Positions 57,454 through 64,000 of a stretch of 64,000 nucleotides of DNA are shown in pieces (the first letter of the stretch is position 1; each line of letters starts with the position of its first letter). The DNA lies in IMG/VR virus record IMGVR_UViG_3300024520_000055, positions 1 through 64,000 of that record, one strand, 5' to 3'. The notes below the pieces were generated by a model. The model saw nothing but the letters and a program-made list of their open reading frames with translations, had not been told where the DNA came from and searched no databases. The DNA comes from a virus. The translations under genes and the position numbers were made by a program.

Positions 57454-60188
57454 GCCGCCTCCTTCATCTTGTCGAGTTCCCCGTAGCTGGGCCCCACTTC
57501 CAGTTCGTAGTCAAACGGGACCGGCAACCAGGGGTAGCGCTCTGCTACGCGCTCCTTCGCCCACTTCCGGAAGAACGGGTGCAACTGGGACACGGCTTCG
57601 GCCTCGATCTCGCCGAAGACAGAGTCGTGTACAGTTCCCAGTACCTGGCCCCCGAGCTTGGGAAGCTCACGGTGGATCTCAAGGAGCTGTCCGAATGTGA
57701 TGTCGGACGAGGTGGACTGAATCTTGAAGTTGGAGGCCTCCCTGAAGCACTTCCGCATGTGGTTACGATCCTGTTGTGCCAAACGGAAGTGTCGCCTGCG
57801 ACCAAAGAACGTTTCGACCCACCCTTGCCTAATGACTTCACCCTCGGTCAGGGAAATGTACTCGGGCAACGACGGGAGAACGCCGAAGATCGCATCGACG
57901 ATCTCCTGTGCCTCTTCGACATCGATCTTCAGAATCGCTGCCATTGTGTGCACAGAACCGCCGTAGAGCGTCCCGAAGACAACGCGCTTCACCTTGTCTC
58001 GCAGCTTGTCGTACTTCTCTGGGCGCTTTCCTCCGGGCTCGACGGTTTCGTAGGAAACCTTGGCCACGAGACTCGTGATGTAGGAGTGAACATCGAGGCC
58101 CTCGTGGATGGCCTTGATCAGATCCTCGTCATGGGTGTAGGCACAGAACACTCGGATCTCGGCGCCCGAGTAGTCCATGTTGAAGAACACGCGTGAAGGG
58201 CTCGACGGAATCAGGAGCTTCTTCAGGTTGTACCCAGCGTGGATGAGGTTTCCGTCCTTTTTCACGCGCCCGATGAACTTGGCCCAGTTCTGCATGTTCG
58301 GAGAGGAGGAAGAAAGCCTTCCTGTCTCTGTCCCGTTCAGGTGGTAGGAGCCGTGCAGGAAACCGTTCATGTCCACCAGGGCACGGATGGACTTCAAGAA
58401 GCCTGTGCGCCCCTTGTGGATGGACTTGTAGCGTTCCAAGGCGACCATGAACTGGTGCCCCGCGGTGTTCTCGGGGACCTCCGCGATGTAGCGTTTGATG
58501 ATCTCCTTGTCGACCTTCAGTTGCCCCGTGTCCGTGTAACCCAAGGGTGGGAGCGCCAGGTTGGTGAGCACAACCGCCTGCAAGTCCTTCTTGGCATTGG
58601 GATTGAATTCCCGCCCGGCAAGCGCGTACATCGAGTGCAACAGGCCTCCCAGTTCGGAGTCCATGTCGCGTTCCATTATGGACATGTAGTCAAGATCGAC
58701 CTTCACGCCCCGGTGTTGGATGTCAGCGATGGCCCGCGCCCCTGGCAGGTAGTGTCTGCGCATAATGGGGTAGAGCTTGGGAGACTCTCGATTCATCAAC
58801 GTGTTTTGCTTCACGAAGATCTGCCAGGTAATGTCCGCGTCCAGTCCTGCGTAACAACACAACAGGTCCACGTCGACGTCCTCAAACGTCACTGTGCCTG
58901 CTTTCATCTCCTTGCGAAGCTGGCGCTTCTTCACAGCGTCCGAAGCGTCCTTCTTCTTTTTCCCCTTTTTCTTTCCGTCTTCTTTGCTCTCCGCGGCGAG
59001 GCGAACACCGCGCATCTGGGACAGAGATGAAAGCTCATCGTCGAGCACGGCCACGCGCGCCGCGTTCTTGGCCATTGCTGCCTCGATGAGTTGGTCCCAG
59101 AGCTTATCCTCATACCCCGAATACTGTGGACAGTACGTCGGGGTCAGGGTCTTCAGTCCATAGTGGCCCTTTTTGTCCTCGTCGAGCAGGTGCTCTCCCA
59201 TCAAGGTGTCCCACGCGATGTTGCGCACAGGACAGCCCACCGCGAGTTCGAGGCCCGCGAGGTCAAATGGCAAGTTGTGCCCCATCTTGGGCTTGGCGCA
59301 CTCCAACACCCGTCGAACGTGCTTCCACGCTCGCTGCTTGTTGTAGGGTGTCTTCTTGTGGTCGAGCATGATGGTTGTCGCTTTGCCCTTGTCCCAGCCA
59401 AAGGCAATCGCGATCACCTTGAACGCGGGCGACCAGGTCTCCAAAGAGTTGGTCTCAATATCGAAGACAATGGGCCACGTCTCGGGCTTCTGTTTGGCTT
59501 TCCCCGTGTAGGCGATGATCTCGTCACAGACGTGCTTGACTTCCTTGAGCGTTTTGGGAACAGGGTAGTCCTTGGTCAGTTTCTCGATCGAGGGAAGCTC
59601 GATACTGTGTCCGCGCCGGGCCTTTCCTGCAAAACGTCCGAGCGTGTAAATGTCCTGCCGGAATACACGGAACAATCCTGGATTGGAGTGCACCTGGTAG
59701 GGCTCGAAAGTGGGGACCACCAGACAACGGTGTCCCCCAACTTCCACCTCAACCGGCTTTCCTCGTACGTCGGAAAACTTTTGCACCTTGATGCCGAGCA
59801 TCTTGGTTGCCGTCACCCCCAGAGCCAAGATGGTCTTGGGGCGCCACTTCTCGACGCGGCGTAACAGGTGCGCCTTGCACTGGCCGTCTGTCCCCTTTGG
59901 GATGCGTCCTACGAAACCACAGGGGATCGCGTATTCCATCCTCCAGTTGAGGCCCTCCATCTCTTTCTGGTGGTCCCGCGCGTCCTTCAGGAGCGTCTCC
60001 ACCAAGTGCTCGGCACTCGAGTAGAACGCATAGTCCTTCCCAATGGACGCCGTATCTGGGCTGGAGAAAAGAACGAGCAACGGCACCCCCTCGGGGGGCA
60101 CCTTCATGAGTTCCGGGAAGTTTCTCCCGCTTAGGGAAGGGGCATGTTCAAGGGCGCACCCTCCGCACGTCTCGTTCTTCGGAAACAT
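57450..60188 (-). CDS. polA: Family A DNA polymerase with N-terminal UDG-like domain and 3'-5' exonuclease
   Basis: FDIET, HNLPFD, YAGLDA exonuclease motifs; TGRLSSSSPNMQN, DYSGAEIR, KRVVFGTLYG, VHDS polymerase motifs; UDG-like N-terminus (ILALG...VPTFEP). Confidence 0.93.
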   Translation of the reverse strand: MFPKNETCGGCALEHAPSLSGRNFPELMKVPPEGVPLLVLFSSPDTASIGKDYAFYSSAEHLVETLLKDARDHQKEMEGLNWRMEYAIPCGFVGRIPKGTDGQCKAHLLRRVEKWRPKTILALGVTATKMLGIKVQKFSDVRGKPVEVEVGGHRCLVVPTFEPYQVHSNPGLFRVFRQDIYTLGRFAGKARRGHSIELPSIEKLTKDYPVPKTLKEVKHVCDEIIAYTGKAKQKPETWPIVFDIETNSLETWSPAFKVIAIAFGWDKGKATTIMLDHKKTPYNKQRAWKHVRRVLECAKPKMGHNLPFDLAGLELAVGCPVRNIAWDTLMGEHLLDEDKKGHYGLKTLTPTYCPQYSGYEDKLWDQLIEAAMAKNAARVAVLDDELSSLSQMRGVRLAAESKEDGKKKGKKKKDASDAVKKRQLRKEMKAGTVTFEDVDVDLLCCYAGLDADITWQIFVKQNTLMNRESPKLYPIMRRHYLPGARAIADIQHRGVKVDLDYMSIMERDMDSELGGLLHSMYALAGREFNPNAKKDLQAVVLTNLALPPLGYTDTGQLKVDKEIIKRYIAEVPENTAGHQFMVALERYKSIHKGRTGFLKSIRALVDMNGFLHGSYHLNGTETGRLSSSSPNMQNWAKFIGRVKKDGNLIHAGYNLKKLLIPSSPSRVFFNMDYSGAEIRVFCAYTHDEDLIKAIHEGLDVHSYITSLVAKVSYETVEPGGKRPEKYDKLRDKVKRVVFGTLYGGSVHTMAAILKIDVEEAQEIVDAIFGVLPSLPEYISLTEGEVIRQGWVETFFGRRRHFRLAQQDRNHMRKCFREASNFKIQSTSSDITFGQLLEIHRELPKLGGQVLGTVHDSVFGEIEAEAVSQLHPFFRKWAKERVAERYPWLPVPFDYELEVGPSYGELDKMKEAA

Positions 60189-60233
60189 AAACCACCTCGT
60201 TGCCGATATTGAACATGTAGGGCATCGGCGTCC

Positions 60234-63200
60234 CTACTCAGTCTCGTGTTCGGGCTCGGATGTAGGAATGTCGGTCTTCTCGTCATCGTCACGCTGCTTT
60301 TTCGCGTCGTCAATTTTGGTAACGTTTTCCAGGTCGGCGGAGGACGTGAAGTCTCCCAGTGCCTTGGACAGGTTGAACACAGTCACACCTTTGGGGGAGT
60401 AACCGGGACCTCCGAACAGCTTCTCGATATGAGGCCACGCTTTTTTGACTGGAACAGCGAACTCACTCACGTCGCACAGAGCCTTGAGCTGTCCTGCTGT
60501 CCGGTTGCCCTCCAGAATGGAACGGTGTCCTTTCAGAATGGCTGACTCGGCATGCGTCCAGTGAACCACGAGCCAGTTCTTGTGCTGTTGGTAGTAGACC
60601 CCAAGGTTGGCGTTGTTCACGGTGTTGATGCGCAGCTTGGGGTCATTCAACAGCCCGCGCAACGTGGTGCTGCCAGAGAACGTGGCAACGTCCAACATCA
60701 GCACGCTGTCCAACAGAGCGTCGAGGATAACCTCGCCTTCGGAACGCACGCCGACGTACTCGTTTTCGTTGATGCGCTTGGCCTCTGCCAAATCCTTGGC
60801 GAACTTCTTCCACGGCATCTTGAGAAACCGATAGAGCGTGATGAGTGGGATGACCGTCTCTTTGAAACGGCTGTCCGTTTCCCGGGGCATGATCTCCTTG
60901 GTCATCAGCTCTTTCTTGGTGCTCCAGTAGAGCCTGTAGATCTCCGGGACGTGTGGCAGCAGCCCAAGCGTGACTTGCTGACGCAGTTCCTTGAGGTCTT
61001 TCTCACCGTACTTCTGCCCGATGGCCTGGTCCGGCGGAATGCGGTTCTTCCGTTGGTCCATTACGAGCATCACAACCCGCGACAAGTCGGCCAGTTCCCT
61101 CGGGGGGTGGGCCGCCGCCATGAGGATCGGGAAGTTCAGAGTGTATTCTCTCACCTTACCCGATACGGTTCCCTGGGTTCGGTGGGCCTCGTCAGCGATC
61201 ATTGAACGGAACTCGAGCAGCAACTCTCGGACCACCCGGGAGCGCGAACTTCCGTCCGCCTTGTCCTCGAACTCGTCCATGACGAGACCCCAAGCACTGT
61301 TGTTCATCGCCTGTCTGATGCCCGCAACGGTGTAGTTCTCGGTGGCGTAAACGGGCTCGACGATACCGAACAACTTGTCGGACGAGATGGAGAAGAACTG
61401 CCGGAGCAATTTGGTTTTACCAGATGAATAGGCCCCCGAGATGAATGTCATCAGGGTGCCCGGAAAAAGTGACATGTATGGGAAAACCATGGCCAGCAGG
61501 GCACAGTAGGTTGTGTCGATATCGTGGTGAATGAACGCCCAGCCAGTGCCTACGATGTCCTTCAGCTTACGAAACACCTCGGACAGCATGATGGCCGAGG
61601 CGTCTTCCAGAATTCCGTCACCATTGAGAGCTTCGGTCCACTTGGCTCGTACATCAGGGAGGAACAGGTTGTTGCGATAGAGCGGGTTCTCCAGCTTGGT
61701 GACTTCTGTTCCATCCTTCTCGTAGCGCACCAGGTGTGTGTTCTTTCCGTTGTGGACCGCCGCCTCGATGACGCCGTCGGCAGCGCCGAGGAGGTGAATG
61801 CCCTGGGTTCTTTCCCGGATACCTCGAAGGTCCTGGCTACGTCCCGCGATGATCTGGAGGGCTTCCTCCAACGCCGTGCGCATGTTGCGCTTCTGTTGTT
61901 CCAGGCTCAGAGGGATCGGGTTGGCCTCTCCGTCATCGCCCCGCATGTACTTGTGCGTCATGCAGAGGGGGATGCCGATCTCCCGTTGGCCCCAGTCGAG
62001 GAGGGACCCGGTGTCCATGGCCAGTTGTGCGACACAGTCCGTTGACTTCGCCAGCATGAGGTGCCGGGTGTCGCTCTTCTCCTTGTGCCAGAGCAGGATC
62101 TCGACGGAACTGCCATGTATCCCTCCGTCGTTCCGAGTACCGATCACGGTGTAGTAGTCTTCGAGCTTCTCGGCCAGTCTCCTAGCAAAGCCTTGGGAGG
62201 TGTCGTCAGACACCATGGACTCGCGCAACAGGTCAGCAGAGCCCAGGCCGTATGCCTGTTCGATTAACTGGAAGAACGCTTTCTTCTGGCTCTCGTCGCA
62301 GAGGTAGTTCTTGGCGTGATCCAGGGCAATTTCTTCCCGCCGCTTGACGTCGGCTTCCGACGTTTGGCGCAGAAGATGGTCGGCACGTTGGTACGCTACC
62401 TGGTAGGTGAAGATGTAGCGCGTATTATCCAGAAAGGCCTCGTAAGAGTCCTCAAAGCCCCGCAGGTTCACGGCGTCCGAAGGGTCGAACTTGTGTGGAT
62501 CACCAGACTCCCACTGGAAGTGCCGGAACGACTTGATTGAATCCGGGATACTTTTGGCCAGCATCAGTCCCTGGTCACGTCCGGCGTTGTCGTTGTCTCC
62601 GACCCAGAAGACTTGTTCGACGCCGACATGGACAAGATCGCTGATGTCCGTGTTGGTCTTGCCTCCCTTGGAGACGCAGATGCGGTCCAATTTCCCGGTT
62701 TGAATTTGGGAGGCGGCGATGGCGAGCTGGTCAAATTCACCTTCTACGACCAGGGCGTTCTTGCTGACCGGGTGCCCCATGAGAGACGAGTAAACGTTGA
62801 GCCCGAAGAGTCCGACGTTGTGTTCGAACTCGTCTTCCAAGGCGACGACGCCCTTGGCGTCAGGATCGGGATTGCGTAAGCGAATCCTGCCAATCTCCCT
62901 GGCGCTCCGGGTGTTGAAGAACGTCATCCACCCAGCCCAGCCCTTCTCGTAGGCTTGCGCCAGGTAGGACATGATCGCCTTGTAGAGCTCCATGTCCTTC
63001 TCGGCGTACTGGTCGTAGAAGACCTGGAGCACAGGCATCGCCCCGATGGGCAGCAGATGCCACGCATCGGGGTCGATCTTCTTGTGGTCCTTGAAGAACT
63101 TCACCGCGGCCTGGACGTAGGAGTGTGCAGGCTCCTCTGGCTTGTTGTAGGCGTCGATGAGAAGGTTGCGTGAAGTCTCGAAGATGGCCTGCTTGGCACG

Positions 63201-63599
63201 CTGAACGAGATCGAAGCCCTCCAGCTCCGCGAGGATCTTCTTGGTGAACCGCTTGAGGCCGAAGCGCTCCTTCATCTTGGTGACGGCCTCGACCGACGAG
63301 CACTTGGCCACCTTCTTTACGAAGTAAACCGGGTTGCGCTCGAAGTATTCGCAGGCCGAGGACCAGCACTTGGCGTGGCCGCGTTGGAGATCCACCGTGA
63401 ATGAGGGAGTGCTATCCGAGTGAGTCCCCACCGGGCAGCGTCCCTTGAGGGCGCGGCCGTGGATGACCCACCGACTGTCGGGAGAGATATCCCCCAGGAA
63501 CGCGCGCCAGTCCTCTGGCGAACCAGAGTCCCAGAGTTCAACGAGGCGCTTCGATGTCAGATCAAATGTTGACCTCTGTTGTTGCTGCTGCCTTGCCAT
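60234..63599 (-). CDS. DnaG-type primase fused to a P-loop helicase-like domain
   Basis: CHC2 zinc finger (CPVGTHSDSTPSF...CWSSAC), TOPRIM (VVEGEFD, GDND), GAYSSGKT, MDEFE. Confidence 0.8.
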   Translation of the reverse strand: MARQQQQQRSTFDLTSKRLVELWDSGSPEDWRAFLGDISPDSRWVIHGRALKGRCPVGTHSDSTPSFTVDLQRGHAKCWSSACEYFERNPVYFVKKVAKCSSVEAVTKMKERFGLKRFTKKILAELEGFDLVQRAKQAIFETSRNLLIDAYNKPEEPAHSYVQAAVKFFKDHKKIDPDAWHLLPIGAMPVLQVFYDQYAEKDMELYKAIMSYLAQAYEKGWAGWMTFFNTRSAREIGRIRLRNPDPDAKGVVALEDEFEHNVGLFGLNVYSSLMGHPVSKNALVVEGEFDQLAIAASQIQTGKLDRICVSKGGKTNTDISDLVHVGVEQVFWVGDNDNAGRDQGLMLAKSIPDSIKSFRHFQWESGDPHKFDPSDAVNLRGFEDSYEAFLDNTRYIFTYQVAYQRADHLLRQTSEADVKRREEIALDHAKNYLCDESQKKAFFQLIEQAYGLGSADLLRESMVSDDTSQGFARRLAEKLEDYYTVIGTRNDGGIHGSSVEILLWHKEKSDTRHLMLAKSTDCVAQLAMDTGSLLDWGQREIGIPLCMTHKYMRGDDGEANPIPLSLEQQKRNMRTALEEALQIIAGRSQDLRGIRERTQGIHLLGAADGVIEAAVHNGKNTHLVRYEKDGTEVTKLENPLYRNNLFLPDVRAKWTEALNGDGILEDASAIMLSEVFRKLKDIVGTGWAFIHHDIDTTYCALLAMVFPYMSLFPGTLMTFISGAYSSGKTKLLRQFFSISSDKLFGIVEPVYATENYTVAGIRQAMNNSAWGLVMDEFEDKADGSSRSRVVRELLLEFRSMIADEAHRTQGTVSGKVREYTLNFPILMAAAHPPRELADLSRVVMLVMDQRKNRIPPDQAIGQKYGEKDLKELRQQVTLGLLPHVPEIYRLYWSTKKELMTKEIMPRETDSRFKETVIPLITLYRFLKMPWKKFAKDLAEAKRINENEYVGVRSEGEVILDALLDSVLMLDVATFSGSTTLRGLLNDPKLRINTVNNANLGVYYQQHKNWLVVHWTHAESAILKGHRSILEGNRTAGQLKALCDVSEFAVPVKKAWPHIEKLFGGPGYSPKGVTVFNLSKALGDFTSSADLENVTKIDDAKKQRDDDEKTDIPTSEPEHETE

Positions 63600-64000
63600 C
63601 ACTACCACCACTGCTCGTTTGCATCGCCGTGAAAGCCTCGCAGGCCTCCGTGTATCCACACCAGTCGCAGTGCTTTCCGGTCCACTGGTCATTCTTGTTC
63701 CCGAAGGCGCCCGCCTTGTTGAGGAACTCGATGAGCCAGTTGCGCATGCGAATGGAAATCTCACGGCGCATCATTACAGGAATCCAGTCGATCGTGCCGT
63801 CCAGAATGTAGTGGACGGCGGGCTGCACGGCCAGAATGTTGAAGTCCGGAACCTTGAGGCCATAGACACCAAGGATTTGGTATCCCCGAAGCTGCTCCAG
63901 GTACCATTCCATGCGTCCCTTGGCGCGTGCCTTGTGGTCAATGACCACGAGGTTTCCCCCGTGCGTGGGAATGCCAAGGTCGATGACGCCGCGGAAAAGG
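63562..64000 (-). CDS. PD-(D/E)XK (RecB/Cas4-like) nuclease, 5'-partial
   Basis: FRGVIDL...VIDHK...QLRGY...CDWCGYTEAC. Confidence 0.8.
   Translation of the reverse strand, partial: LFRGVIDLGIPTHGGNLVVIDHKARAKGRMEWYLEQLRGYQILGVYGLKVPDFNILAVQPAVHYILDGTIDWIPVMMRREISIRMRNWLIEFLNKAGAFGNKNDQWTGKHCDWCGYTEACEAFTAMQTSSGGSDGKAAATTEVNI

Larger units (their letters stand above)
1..64000. mobile_element. Segment of a large tailed bacteriophage (or prophage) genome
   Basis: Terminase, tape measure, baseplate J-like, tail fibre, phage sigma factor, PolA, primase-helicase and RuvC are all present. No host housekeeping operons were seen. Confidence 0.95.

Noticed and set aside
63562-64000. Cas4 as evidence for CRISPR adaptation
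   Set aside because: Stand-alone Cas4-like nucleases are common in phage replication modules, and there is no cas1 or cas2.
1-64000. tRNA or rRNA genes
   Set aside because: No cloverleaf with a T-loop or rRNA-like sequence was recognised by eye; tRNAscan was not run.

Overview
This GC-rich (~62% by eye) window is a continuous segment of a large tailed phage genome, probably a contractile-tailed one. It carries replication genes (PolA with an N-terminal UDG-like domain, primase-helicase, DinG, RuvC, ThyA, UDG), a large terminase and a sigma factor. It also has a long tail/baseplate module with a -1 frameshifted tail chaperone, a Tad2-like anti-defence gene, and a ubiquitin-like protein plus an E2-like protein. 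The standout feature is a phage-encoded, highly multiplexed retron-like system. A retron-type RT (45672-46763, with an unusual YSDN motif) sits in a tightly coupled operon. Two non-coding arrays (50161-51153 and 55194-56837, minus strand) together hold nine msr-like modules and about 26-29 msd-like hairpins. Each module has its own covarying inverted-repeat pair, a G opposite G at the stem base as in known retrons, and a conserved 17-nt hairpin. Several modules are followed by many msd hairpins that each carry a copy of the matching 3' arm, like a natural multitron. The arrays lie directly downstream of an HU gene and an Hfq-like gene. All calls come from reading motifs by eye; no database searches were run.
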